From assembly GCA_002269645.1 (NCBI GenBank), contig NIVC01002582.1, forward strand, positions 62,001 through 126,000: a DNA stretch of 64,000 nucleotides, read 5' to 3'. The position numbers and the translations under genes are program-made. The notes under the pieces were generated by a model that worked only from the letters and a program-made list of their open reading frames with translations, did not search any database and was not told the DNA's origin. The stretch is from Macrostomum lignano. Lineage: Eukaryota. Each line of letters starts with the position of its first letter. Positions within the stretch are counted from its first letter, which is position 1. This document shows positions 29,041 to 41,950 of the stretch, piece by piece.

Positions 29041-31270
29041 TATATCCAAACTTGTAAACAAGCATTTATACGAATTTTGTGTACACTGATTTTCCACTAT
29101 AAATACAAGTTAATAATGGCAAGAATGCTAAATAATCAACCAAATTAATAGCCAAAAGGGGTCCTTTGTACTACACAAAAAGGTTATTTATTGTTGCAAC
29201 ACTAGCCTAAGAGATTTGAGAATGTGACCATACACAATTTTTGGCATACAGTATTAGTAGCCAAATATAATATTAATATTAATATAAAACATATTATATT
29301 TATAACTATTGAATTTTTGTTCTAATATGCACTTACATGATCTGGACTATATAACTGGGTCCTAACCTTGGCAATTTTTTGTATATCAACTATATAAACA
29401 AATTTTAAACCTAAAAATTCTATATGCCAAGTGTATGCCAAGATTGTTAGCAAGGGCAAAATATGCCAAAAAATTCTGGCATAAACCACCTTCCAGACTT
29501 TGGAATTGTCTATTAATATATAATTTGTCTTTTGCTATTCAAATTTTAAGACAAGGCAATAAGTCTATCTATATTATTTTATTATCTATGCCAATGATAG
29601 TTTTTTAAAAAAATAATCATTTTGTAATATCTTTTTTACTATCTTTTCTATAGTATCAAGTCAATATGCTAAAAGTCTATGCCAAAAGCTGAAAGCTAAA
29701 AAGTTATGGTATAGAGGTTATTATGGTATTATTGTAGGTTTGGGTCCACCTTGTCTGCCTAAGAGCTTTAAGTCAAAGATTAAGTTTGAGTTTGAAAATT
29801 TTACTACTTAGGCTAAAAGTTTCATTGATTGCAAACAAAATAAGCTGCTACATTCTTACTCAGTTGAAACAACTGAGTAAGAATGATAAAATTATGATCA
29901 TTGGCTATGATAAAGGGTATAGAATTGCTGTTCTTAATTGCTGACTTGGCCTTTGAGAATCCCTATTGGAATAAGTTGACAAAACGCGGACAACCATCCG
30001 TCGCATTTCGGATTCTCCTGGTGTCGCGTTGCGCGACAGTGGTGTCAAGTGGTGTGTCGCGTCGTGCGACACTGGAAACCTGGTGTCGTCATGCGTCGCG
30101 TCGCGGCCTGGACCTGTAGCCAAAACCTTGCAAACTGTGTTTCATTGTAATATGCTCACGATTGTTTCTTGGTATTTAAATGTTTCAAACATGTTTGATA
30201 ATAACTAGTTCTTGAATTGTTCTTTTTTATTTTGACGGTAAAGTAACTAATACTTCAAATATAATTTTTAGAAATGTTACTTGTTAGTTACAATGCGTGC
30301 GTTGTTTTTCTAAGTGTTGTACCTTTGTTGTTCTACTGTTTATTGTTTTTAAATTTCTTTTCTTTTTCCGCGAAATTGAAAGGAATACTCTCGTCCCTCG
30401 CCCCATGGTCTCGGTGTCGGGAGTGAACGGCAGAACAGGAATTGTCAATTGCAACGTGGCTGCTGCGGCGTCCCCCCCCCCTCCCGGTCATTCGGTCAAC
30501 AGATATTGGTGTTGCGTCGCGCGTCACAGCCCCCCAGTCAACAAAATTTAGTGTCGCGTCGCGCTTTTGAGGGCACAATTTTGGCACCCGTGTCGCGCGT
30601 CCGCGGGTTTTTGAAACTTATTCCAATAGGGTGGAGAATATTTGCTAGACCTAGCTCCCTGCATTTTTTTCTGTTCTTAAAGCTCAAAAAATGCTCAAAG
30701 GACTCATTTCCTAACACGGAAGCCAAATTTTAGTCCTTAAACTATTTTGACACAAGTTGCATTTATGTATCTATTTTTCTTATTTGTCTATTTAATTTTA
30801 CCTAACTGTCCCAGATATATTGATTTGAAGAATAATCTTGTCATTATTGTCATTGGGGAATAAAACTTAGGATTAAAAAGGCTTTAAAGCAATATTTTAA
30901 GGGGTACATAGGAAAAAAACATTAAACATTAAATGAGTAAAAAATAAGGACAAACAATGGATAAAAAAGGAAAAAAGTTATTTTAAGTTATCAAAGAATA
31001 AACAAATAAAACTGAGAAAGTGCATTTAAAAATAAAACTTTTTTTTGTATTTTATGAAAAGCCATGTCATACTAGCTGGAAAAATTGTGCATATATGATT
31101 GTACTTTTCCAAGGAAGTATTCGTATAAAATTATATTCCTAATTAAACTACAATGCATGCGTTCATTGACCTGCTGCACACTGGATCAGCTGGGGCAACA
31201 GCAGCCCCAACAACTGCGGCAGCAATGCAAAGTTAATGAACCTGCAGTTAAACTAAATAAAGAGCATTCC

Positions 31271-34200
31271 ATGAGTGCAGATAATTTCGATCCTGTTTGT
31301 CAAATGATTATTCATAATCGAGTTTTGACTATACTTACTCGACAACATTCGTCATTGTTTGATGCTGTAGGAGACACTGGCAGTAGCTTACCTATTCGAG
31401 CTCATTCTTGCCAAGTGGTTGCTAAGCGGATGTGCAAAGCTACTGGTTTGGAGCACTTTCTAACTCGACTGTATCCTGTTGGATTGTAAGTGTCTGCTTG
31501 ACAAATGAAAATGGATTAAGAAAGTATTGAAACACCCACTGAAGAATTAGAAAAGACGATTAGCATCCATTGGAAGATTAAGAGAGGGTCAGCTAAGGTA
31601 TTAGCGTGTGCTAAATGATTATCTAGGGGATTAGCGTGTGCTGAAGGATTATCTAGAGGATTAGCGTGTGCTGAAGGATTATCTAGGGGGTTGGCGTGTG
31701 CAGAAGGATTATCTAGGGGATTGGCGTGTGCTGAAGGATTATCTAGAGAATTAGCGTGTGCTGAAGGATTATCTAGAGGATTAGCGTGTGCTGAAGGATT
31801 ATCTAGAGGATTAGTGGGTGCTGAAGGATTATCTAGAGGATTAACGGGTGCTGAAGAATTATATAGAGGATTAGCGGGTTCTAGAGGATCTAGACTAGAA
31901 TCTAGAAAATCTAGAGGATAATCGTAAGGGTTTTTCATCTAGAATCTTTTCTTTACTGTTGCTAAGCAACCATCGATCGATGCTTAATAATAACCGAATC
32001 TCCGCAGAGCCGAAGACAGATGGCTGACCAAAGCAGAGCTAGCAGATCTGCAACAATCGCTCAGACCAATCCAAGAAGCTGATGAAGAGCCCATTGTTAT
32101 CAGTTCCTCAATATCGGGATCAGCATCCCTGATATCCTATTGCTCTTCTTCATCGTCAGCATCCTCCACAGCTGGATCTTCTCTATCCTCAGCGTCTTCG
32201 ACATCATCCGCAATCTCAGAGGCAATTGCCGCGCCAACACCACCAACTCAGAACCTCGCGGATTCAACTTTCGCCGAACCAATCTCTGTTTCTTCTGCTT
32301 CTTCTAAAAGTAAAGTTAATATTAAACCGGCATCGAAAACTGTAACTGTTGGCAGTAAAAGTGAGAATCTTTTATTTCATTGTAGCTTTTTTAACTTGTC
32401 ATTCAGTTGTCATTTAATAACCTGCATTCTTTATTTTCTCTATTTTGTTTTAAGATTCGAATTCCGCAACCCAAGAACGGTGCAAGCGGCGATGCAAGCG
32501 TTTCAGACATTTTACAGGTAATTAAATCGAGTTAGTGTACTTGGCAATGATTCATTAAAGTGGGAACAATCTACTGCCACAAATATTTGAGGTAGGCGCC
32601 ATTTCATTCGAAGTAGGCGCCATTTCATCTGAGGTAGGCGCCATTTTATTTGAGGTAGGCGCCATTTCATTTGAGATAGGCGCCATTTTATTTGAGGTAG
32701 GCGCCATTTCATCTGAGGTAGGCGCCATTTTATTTAAGGTAGGGCCATTTCATTTGAGGTAGGGCCATTTCATTTGAGGTAGGGCCATTTCATCTGAGGT
32801 AGGCGCCATTTTATTTGAGGTAGGCGCCATTTTATTTGAGGTAGGTGCCATTTCATTTGGGGAAGGCGCCATTTCATTTGAGATAGGCGCCATTTCATTC
32901 GAGGTAAGCGCCATTTCATCTGAGGTAGGCGCCATTTTATTTGAGGTAGGCGCCATTTTATTTGAGGTAGGCGCCATCTTATTTGAGGTAGGCGCCATTT
33001 TATTTGAGGTTGGCGCCATTCCATTTTAGGTAGGCGCCATTTCATTTGAGGTAGGTGCCATTCCATTTTAGGTAGGCGCCATTTCATTTGAGGTAGGCGC
33101 CATTTAAATTAAAAATTTAGTTATTGCTATGCACATATTAAACCCCTATTTACATAATTCATTGCTTAGCTAAAATCTAATTCTGTATTAAATAAATTTT
33201 GCCCATGTGCTGCGCAGTTCGAGCGCCGGATTGTTACGATCGAGTTTGCCATCGGATTGTTCAGCACCGGATTTTGCACACCAAGTCGGCTCAGTTGAAG
33301 CAGCAGCAGCACATGCAAAAACATCTGAGCGCCCAGACCGATTCTGCAAGTCAGACTCGGCTGTATCGGTGCACGACTGCCGTGGCAGTGGCAAAGCGCT
33401 CGCTGCCTAGCGCGGTAGCGCAGGTTCTGGTTCGGCACTATCCGCTGGGAGTGTGAGTGGCTGATGGCTTTTGGGTGTATGGCTAGTACGGAAATCGCTT
33501 AGATGCTCAGTAGCTGGGCCAGCCTCCCAGATCCTCAGTTGCTGGGCCAGCCTCCCAGAGTGTCAGTTGCTGGGCCAGCCTCCCAGATCCTCAGTTGCTG
33601 GGCCAGCCTCCCAGATCCCCAGTTGCTGGGCCTGCCTCCCAGATTCCCAGTTGCTGGGCCAGCATCCCAGAGTGTCAGTTGCTGGGCCAGCCTCCCAGAT
33701 CTTCAGTTGCTGGGCCAGCCTCCCAGAGTGTCAGTTGCTGGGCCAGCCTCCCAGATCTTCAGTTGCTGGGCCAGCCTCCCAGATCTTCAGTTGCTGGGCC
33801 AGCCTCCCAGAGTGTCAGTTGCTGGGCCAGCCTCCCAGAGTGTCAGTTGCTGGGCCAGCCTCCCAGATCTTCAGTTGCTGGGCCAGCCTCCCAGATCCTC
33901 AGTTGCTGGGCCAGCCTCCCAGATCCCCAGTTGCTGGGCCTGCCTCCCAGATCCCCAGTTGCTGAGCCAGCCTCCCAGAGTGTCAGTTGGTGGGCCAGCC
34001 TCCCAGATCTTCAGTTGCTGGGCCAGCCTCCCAGAGTGTCAGTTGCTGGGCCAGCCTCCCAGAGTGTCAGTTGCTGGGCCAGCCTCCCAGATCCCCAGTT
34101 TCCGGGCCAGCCTCCCAGATCCCCAGTTTCCGGGCCAGCCTCCCAGATCCCCAGTTGCTGAGCCAGCCTCCCAGATCCCCAGTTGCCGAGCCAGCCTCCC

Positions 34201-35344
34201 AGATCCCCAGTTGCTGAGCCAGCCTCCCAGATCCCCAGTTGCTGGGCCAGCCTCCCAGATCCCCAGTTGCTGGGCCTGCCTCCCAGTTCCCCAGTTTCCG
34301 GGCCAGCCTCCCAGATCCCCAGTTGCTGAGCCAGCCTCCCAGATCCCCAGTTGCCGGGCCAGCCTCCCAGACCCAGTTGCTGAGCCAGCCTCCCAGATCC
34401 CCAGTTGCTGGGCCAGCCTCCCAGATCCCCAGTTGCCGGGCCAGCCTCCCAGATCCCCAGTTGCCGGGCCAGCCTCCCAGACCCAGTTGCTGAGCCAGCC
34501 TCCCAGAGTGTCAGTTGGTGGGCCAGCCTTCCAGAGTGTCAGTTGGTGGGCCAGCCTTCCAGAGTGTCAGTTGGTGGGCCAGCCTCCCAGATTGTCAGTT
34601 GGTGGGCCAGCCTCTGAGATCCCCAGTTTCCGGGCCAGCCTCCCAGATCCCCAGTTTCCAGGCCAGCCTCCCAGATCCCCAGTTTCCGGGCCAGCCTCCC
34701 AGATCCCCAGTTGCTGAGCCAGCCTCCCAGATCCCCAGTTGCCGAGCCAGCCTCCCAGATCCCCAGTTGCTGAGCCAGCCTCCCAGATCCCCAGTTGCTG
34801 GGCCAGCCTCCCAGATCCCCAGTTGCTGGGCCTGCCTCCCAGTTCCCCAGTTGCCGGGCTAGCCTCCCAGATCCCCAGTTTCCGGGCCAGCCTCCCAGAT
34901 CCCCAGTTGCCGGGCCAGCCTCCCAGACCCAGTTGCTGAGCCAGCCTCCCAGATCCCCAGTTGCTGGGCCAGCCTCCCAGATCCCCAGTTGCCGGGCCAG
35001 CCTCCCAGATCCCCAGTTGCTGAGCCAGCCTCCCAGACCCAGTTGCTGAGCCAGCCTCCCAGAGTGTCAGTTGGTGGGCCAGCCTTCCAGAGTGTCAGTT
35101 GGTGGGCCAGCCTTCCAGAGTGTCAGTTGGTGGGCCAGCCTCCCAGATTGTCAGTTGGTGGGCCAGCCTCTGAGATCCCCAGTTGTTAGGCCAGCCTCCG
35201 AGATCTCTATGCGCTTTACACTCAATGTTTGCCCCTTGCAGTCTAAAAGAGCAATGGATGTCGGAAGCCGAGTTTGCCAAACTGAAGCTTCTGGAAGCAA
35301 AGCAAGCAAATTTATTAAACAGCAAAGATTCCTCAAACCCTTGA
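31271..35344 (+). CDS. Predicted 322-aa protein with two divergent chromodomain-like repeats and a Ser-rich linker (5 exons)
   Basis: Exons 31271-31485, 32008-32360, 32455-32517, 33218-33452 and 35242-35344 sum to 969 nt with no internal stop; all introns are GT-AG with matching phases (2, 1, 1, 2). The start ATG at 31271 is tentative. Confidence 0.7.
31590..31925. repeat. 30-bp minisatellite GATTATCTAGAGGATTAGCGTGTGCTGAAG (intronic)
   Basis: About 10 tandem copies. Confidence 0.9.
32585..33105. repeat. 21-bp minisatellite GAGGTAGGCGCCATTT(C/T)ATTT (intronic)
   Basis: About 24 tandem copies. Confidence 0.92.
33505..35195. repeat. 28-bp satellite CAGTTGCTGGGCCAGCCTCCCAGATCCT, cluster 1 (intronic)
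   Basis: About 60 variant copies. Confidence 0.95.
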
Positions 35345-35924
35345 TACAACCATTGTTTTCAATCCGCGAAGTTTACCAGATAGTGCTGTAATACTCCGTA
35401 TTTAGTCATTCATACTTTCAATTATTAAATACTGCTGAAGTACTTAACATTGCTCTACTTTTGTGTGACATTTCAAAAATATCAAAGCAAGCTTGGTTTG
35501 TTTTATTGGCGGATAATAATAAAAAAACTGCATGTTTTTCCGTGTTTGTAGAAAGTAATATGATTTTCGCTCAACTGTCTAACGCCAGCTACTGACACTA
35601 GATACGATCTCAGCCTGTGTTGCACCTTTGTTCTATTTCTTATCTCTTGTGTGTGCGTGACTGTTTGTTTTAAAACTGTATCCGTCCGTTTGTTGTTGCA
35701 CTTTTAATGGTCTCATATGTCAAATTAGTTCTATTCTAATTGTTTTAATGAATTGGTTAAAATTTGGTTGCATTTTTAAATTTTTGCTTCTTTAGTTTAA
35801 CTGTTAGGTATATGATAGGATTACTTAAACTAGAATTCTTTTACTGGTGTGTTTAGTCCTCAATAACGTTATTATTTGTTTCTGATTTTAATTTTGAACT
35901 AAAAACTTCAACCAATGTAACAGC

Positions 35925-36480
35925 AATCTCAGTTGCTGGGCCAGCCTCCCAGATCCTCAGTTGCTGGGCCAGCCTCTAAGATCCTCAGTTGCTGGGCCAG
36001 CCTCCCAGATCCTCAGTTGCTGGGCCAGCCTCTAAGATCCTCAGTTGCTTGGCCAGCCTCTAAGATCCTCAGTTGCTGGGCCAGCCTCTAAGATCCTCAG
36101 TTGCTTGGCCAGTCTCCAAGATCCTCAGTTGCTTGGCCAGTCTCCAGGATCCTCAGTTGCTGGGCCAGCCTCTAAGATCCTCAGTTGCTGGGCCAGTCTC
36201 CCAGATCCTCAGTTGCTTGGCCAGCCTCTAAGATCCTCAGTTGCTGGGCCAGCCTCTAAGATCCTCAGTTGCTGGGCCAGCCTCCCAGATCCTCAGTTGC
36301 TGGGCCAGCCTCCCAGATCCTCAGTTGCTGGGCCAGCCTCCCAGATCCTCAGTTGCTGGGCCAGCCTCCCAGAGTGTTAGTTGCTGGGCCAGTCTCCCAG
36401 ATCCTCAGTTGCTTGGCCAGTCTCCCAGAGTGTCAGTTGCTTGGCCAGTCTCCCAGATTGTCAGTTGGTGGGCCAGCCTT
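35925..36480. repeat. 28-bp satellite, cluster 2
   Basis: Same unit and orientation as cluster 1. Confidence 0.93.
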
Positions 36481-36959
36481 CAAATTTGTCTGGGCAGAAA
36501 GGTGCGTGTATATACTGCTTAAAAATTGCACTACTTACTACTGACAATGTTAGTACATCGCAGACTTATAATTGTTTTGTACTTTTTTGGCCAAATCTAA
36601 ATGTTTTTTTGCGCTTGACTTTTACTGCTTTAAGTTTTTTGCTTGCTTTTATCGTATCGCAATGGCAAAGCACTTTAGTTGTCAGTGAGCCCTGAATTTG
36701 CACTGATAGTTTGCTTGACTATTATTGTCATCACTTAAAATCGTTTCCTTAATTGAACGCTATAAAGTTTATTTGTTGGCTTCTGCAATTTTTAGTGGTT
36801 TCTAATCAACATTTTAACCTGATTTGGCTAATCGCTCAGGACTTAATACTGTATTTAGCTCAATTTTTCAATTAAAAATATTAAATTTTAGCTCTAAATC
36901 ATTTTTAGTAGATAGAAAGTAACGGCTGTAAGTTGTGCTTGTTTTTATTCGATATTTCT

Positions 36960-37960
36960 GACCCCCATTCTTCCCTCTCTTCCCCATTCTTCCCCCTTCC
37001 CCATTCTTCCCCCCTTCCCCATTCTTCCCCTCTTCCCTATTCTTCCTTCTCTTCCCTATTCTTCCCCATTCTCCCCCTCTTCCCTATTCTTCCCCATTCT
37101 TCCCCTCTCTTCCTTCTCTTCCCTATTCTTCCCCATTCTTCCCCATTCTTCCCCTCTCTTCCCCATTCTTCCCCTCTCTTCCCCATTCTTCCCCTCTCTT
37201 CCCCATTCTTCCCCTCTCTTCCCCATTCTTCCCCCCTTCCCCATTCTTCCCCTCTCTTCCCCATTCTTCCCCTCTCTTCCCCATTCTTCCCCTCTCTTCC
37301 CCATTCTTCCCCTCTCTTCCCCATTCTTCCCCCCCTTCCCCATTCTTCCCCTCTTCCCCATTCTTCCCCTCTCTTCCCCATTCTTCCCCCCCTTCCCCAT
37401 TCTTCCCCTCTCTTCCCCATTCTTCCCCTCTCTTCCCCATTCTTCCCCTCTTCCCTATTCTTCCCCATTCTCCCCCTCTTCCCTATTCTTCCTTCTCTTC
37501 CCTATTCTTCCCCATTCTTCCCCTCTCTTCCCCATTCTTCCCCTCTCTTCCCCATTCTTCCCCTCTCTTCCCCATTCTTCCCCTCTCTTCCCCATTCTTC
37601 CCCCTTCCCTATTCTTCCCCCTCTTCCCCATTCTTCCCCCTTCCCCATTCTTCCCCTCTCTTCCCCATTCTTCCCCTCTCTTCCCCATTCTTCCCCTCTC
37701 TTCCCCATTCTTCCCCTCTCTTCCCCATTCTTCCCCTCTTCCCTATTCTTCCCTCTCTCCCCCATTCTTCCCAATTCTTCCCCTCTCTCCCCCATTCTTC
37801 CTAATTCTTCCCCTCTCTCCCCCTCTCTTCCCCATTCTTCCCTATTCCCCCTCTCTTCCCCATTCTTCCCTATTCTTCCCCTCTCTCACCAATTCTTCCC
37901 CTCTCTCCCCATTCTTCCCAATTTCCCTCTCTTCTTCCCCTCTCTTCTCGATTCTTCCTC
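36960..37960. repeat. Polypyrimidine minisatellite, ~20-bp unit CCCCATTCTTCCCCTCTCTT
   Basis: About 1 kb of almost pure C/T on the + strand. Confidence 0.93.
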
Positions 37961-38604
37961 CTTTTTTCAAATTTTCCCAATTTCACTCTTTAATTCCCAT
38001 TCCCTTTTTGAAAAGGAGTTTCCATCTAGCATTCAGCTTCAATTGCAAGTTTCTGCTAGACCTGCAACTTAACTTAATTCGCTATTCATTTCGACCCAGC
38101 TCTGAGAAATGTGTAGTCATTTAGTTTATATTCATTTATTTACAAATATTATTCTAAGCTTGTAAAATCGTTAATGCTGTACAAATATGCTTTTTTGACA
38201 AGAAATGTCTTGCTTCCATTTATTAGTTCATATTTATTTTTTTCAATTTTCCTAATTTCTATTTGCATGCCAGTTGCTTTGATTGCGAGATAACCGCTTG
38301 TAAAACTGAATGTTTGTTTGTTATAATTGAATTTGTGTCAAAGTTTCTAATTTTGCTTGACTTTTTTCTATTCCTTTTTTAAGCATAACAACGAGAGCTG
38401 TCCATGATTCTGACTGTTAGCTTGCAAATATTATTAATATTTAATTACTTTAATTTATTACATAACTGTTTTCTGGGTTTGTCAATTGTTATAAATATAA
38501 CATTTAGCAAACCTTGCTGTGCTAAACCGTTTCTCTTCCCTTGAAACTGATTCTTCAAATGATACTGTATTTTTGATATCTGTGTTCATCTTTTTGAGAC
38601 CAAT

Positions 38605-39765
38605 TTGTGTCTCCAGCTTGTCTCTAGATTGTGTCTTCAGCTTGTCTCTAGATTGTGTCTCCAGCTCGTCTCTAGATTGTATCTTCAGCTTGTCTCTAGA
38701 TTGTGTCTTCAGCTTGTCTCTAGATTGTGTCTTCAGCTTGTATCTAGATTGTGTCTTCAGCTTGTCTCTAGATTGTGTCTTCAGCTTGTCTCTAGATTGT
38801 GTCTTCAGCTTGTCTCTAGATTGTGTCTCCAGCTCGTCTCTAGATTGTATCTTCAGCTTGTCTCTAGATTGTGTCTTCAGCTTGTCTCTAGATTGTGTCT
38901 TCAGCTTGTATCTAGATTGTGTCTTCAGCTTGTCTCTAGATTGTGTCTTCAGCTTGTCTCTAGATTGTGTCTCCAGCTCGTCTCTAGATTGTGTCTTCAG
39001 CCTGTCTCTAGATTGTGTCTCCAGCTCGTCTCTAGATTGTGTCTTCAGCTTGTCTCTAGATTGTGTCTTCAGCTTGTCTCTAGATTGTGTCTTCAGCTTG
39101 TCTCTAGATTGTGTCTTCAGCTTGTCTCTAGATTGTGTCTTCAGCTTGTCTCTAGATTGTGTCTTCAGCTTGTCTCTAGATTGTGTCTTCAGCTTGTCTC
39201 TAGATTGTGTCTTCAGCTTGTCTCTAGATTGTGTCTTCAGCTTGTCTCTAGATTGTGTCTTCAGCTTGTCTCTAGATTGTGTCTCCAGCTCGTCTCTAGA
39301 TTGTGTCTTCAGCTTGTCTCTAGATTGTGTCTTCAGCTTGTATCTAGATTGTGTCTTCAGCTTGTCTCTAGATTGTGTCTTCAGCTTGTCTCTAGATTGT
39401 GTCTTCAGCTTGTCTCTAGATTGTGTCTCCAGCTCGTCTCTAGATTGTGTCTTCAGCTTGTCTCTAGATTGTGTCTTCAGCTTGTATCTAGATTGTGTCT
39501 TCAGCTTGTCTCTAGATTTTGTCTTCAGCTTGTCTCTAGATTATATCCAGATTGTCTCTAGATTGTGTCTTCAGCTTGTCTCTAGATTGTGTCTTCAGCT
39601 TGTATCTAGATTGTGTCTTCAGCTTGTCTCTAGATTTTGTCTTCAGCTTGTCTCTAGATTGTGTCTCCTGATGTGTCTCTAGATTGTATCCAGATTGTCT
39701 CTAGATTGTGTCTCCAACTTGCCTCTAGATTGTGTCTCCAAGTTGTCTTTAGATTGTGTCTCTAG
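38605..39765. repeat. 24-bp satellite TCTTCAGCTTGTCTCTAGATTGTG
   Basis: About 45 tandem copies. Confidence 0.95.
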
Positions 39766-40273
39766 ATTGTCTATAGATTTTTTCCGCAGACTGTCTTTAA
39801 ATTGTCTACAATTTGTTTCAAAAAATCTTGTGCACATGCATTGTTTTAACTATGAAGTAATAAAATGTGTCTGCAGATTGTGTCCAGATTTGATGTTGCT
39901 TGTTGCTGTGGAGGGTAGCCGTGACAGTCAGTTACTTCATGCTGCTTACTGTTGTTAAAACTGCAGCAATTTTTTTACTTCCGACAAGACAAGACCACCT
40001 TGTTGAAATCGAAATTGAAACTCCATTTTCAAATGACTAACTAATTAGCTTCCAGTCCAGATGCTATTTTTAGAGTTCCACGATTTTAGACTTGGGAAAA
40101 GAAAAAACAGACGGAAAGTACCGCGGCCATAGACATGATTTTCATCATCTTCGGTACAGTTTAGCCGCTGTGAATTAGTGAACTACAGACTGCTTATTGC
40201 TCTCTTAATGTTTTAATTTATAAAAGCAGAGCCATTCAAGAGTTGAAGCAGCAACAGCACCTACTTGAAAAAG

Positions 40274-40726
40274 ATGTCTTCTGGCCAGCAATCTCCATCC
40301 CCTGCCGTAGCCGCCGCTATCAAGCAGATTCGAATACAAACTGGCGTAGTCAAACGCCTAGTCAAAGAGGTTCGAATGTACCAAACCGAATCTGCCAGTC
40401 TGCTAGCCGAACTTGAGCAGCTGAAAATGAAGCAGGTGCCTTCTTCTACGGCTAGCGAAGAAGCCGAGCATCGACTTCGCAAACGGCAGGAGGTGCTGCG
40501 CGAATCCCAGATGATGGTGCCGGATACGGAGAGACGTTTAAGCACCGCCAAAGAACGCTTAGACTCCCTGCTTCAGCAGCACAAAGGTCTGTGCGACTCC
40601 GACCCGGTGTATCTGGAGGCTGTCGAAGAGTTGAAGAAATTGTCTGTTAATGATGAGGCAGCCTCTGCCGATGCCAGCGCTGGTAAAGCTGCCGAGCTGC
40701 CGCAGAAAGAAGCTGGAGACTGTTGA
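40274..40726 (+). CDS. TBCA: Tubulin-specific chaperone A (tubulin folding cofactor A), single exon
   Basis: IKQIRIQTGVVKRLVKE...EVLRESQMMVPDTERRL matches the TBCA signature (RQIKIKTGVVKRLVKE...ESRMMIPDCQRRL). TATAAAA lies ~55 bp upstream. Confidence 0.92.
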   Translation: MSSGQQSPSPAVAAAIKQIRIQTGVVKRLVKEVRMYQTESASLLAELEQLKMKQVPSSTASEEAEHRLRKRQEVLRESQMMVPDTERRLSTAKERLDSLLQQHKGLCDSDPVYLEAVEELKKLSVNDEAASADASAGKAAELPQKEAGDC

Positions 40727-41074
40727 TTGATCGCTGATTGATATTAATTGCTTACTATTATTAGTAGTAAAAATTTCACATAGAGATGAATTACTGTACT
40801 CTGATGCAGATTCAATCTGAGCTAACTAGCTTAGAATCAGTTTTATTTATAGCCCAAAAAGACTTATTCTTGATCTGCTTCTTAGGAACTATCTTATACC
40901 CGATAAATGCCCTGAAGACTGTATGAATCCTTTATAGCCTTAGTGCGACGCTGTGATTAAACGAGAATATAAATAAAAAAGCTGGTGTTTATTGATTTTA
41001 ATTCTTTGATTCTCGAAGAAATCAATCAACCGTTGCAAGTACAGTAATACCTATGGCGAATGTGTCAGCCTCTC

Positions 41075-41580
41075 AGATCCTCAGTTGCTGGGCCAGCCTC
41101 CCAGATCCTCAGTTGCTGGGCCAGCCTCCCAGATCCTCAGTTGCTGGGCCAGCCTCCCAGATCCTCAGTTGCTGGGCCAGCCTCCCAGAGTGTCAGTTGC
41201 TGGGCCAGCCTCCCAGATTGTCAGTTGCTGGGCCAGCCTCCCAGATCCTCAGTTGCTGGGCCAGCCTCTCAGATCCTCAGTTGCTGGGTCAGCCTCCCAG
41301 ATCCTCAGTTGCTGGGCCAGCCTCCCAGATCCTCAGTTGCTGGGCCAGCCTCCCAGAGTGTCAGTTGGTGGGCCAGCCTCCCAGATCCTCAGTTGCTGGG
41401 CCAGCCTCCCAGAGTGTCAGTTGCTGGGCCAGCCTTCCAGATCCTCAGTTGCTGGGCCAGCCCCAGATCCTCAGTTGCTGGGCCAGCCTCCCAGATCCTC
41501 AGTTGCTGGGCCAGCCTCCCAGATCCTCAGTTGCTGGGCCAGCCCCAGATCCTCAGTTGCTGGGCCAGCCCCAGATCCCA
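41075..41580. repeat. 28-bp satellite, cluster 3
   Basis: Same unit and orientation as clusters 1 and 2; lies between the TBCA and PKD2 3' ends. Confidence 0.93.
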
Positions 41581-41950
41581 GATTTGAAAAATTAAGTAAG
41601 CCATCATCGGAAAACACTTTTCAGAATGCTGGCTAATAGGTCTGATAAAATATTATTCCGTTGGATATTGTGTAAGAATATTCTTTATATAGAAAAAGAT
41701 GGGCAGAAAAAATCGGGTAAAATTATTATTATCAGATAGGCTTTCATCTTGCACAGAGAAAAATATAGTTGTTGAATAACATAAAATATCCATGGCACAG
41801 GAGTCCCATGAGCCTACAGTCGGATTAATATAGTTGAGAAGTTTTTGTACTATTATTCGATAGCTAAATATGATTATAAATGTTAAAATTGCTCCATGCA
41901 TAGCCTAGCAAGATTTGGCGATGTCATCTCGAAGAGCTCTTTATTCTCTC

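Noticed and set aside
29975-30615. GTCGCGTCGCG-rich segment with weak inverted ends (possible MITE)
   Set aside because: The terminal repeats are too short and mismatched, and no TSD could be defined.
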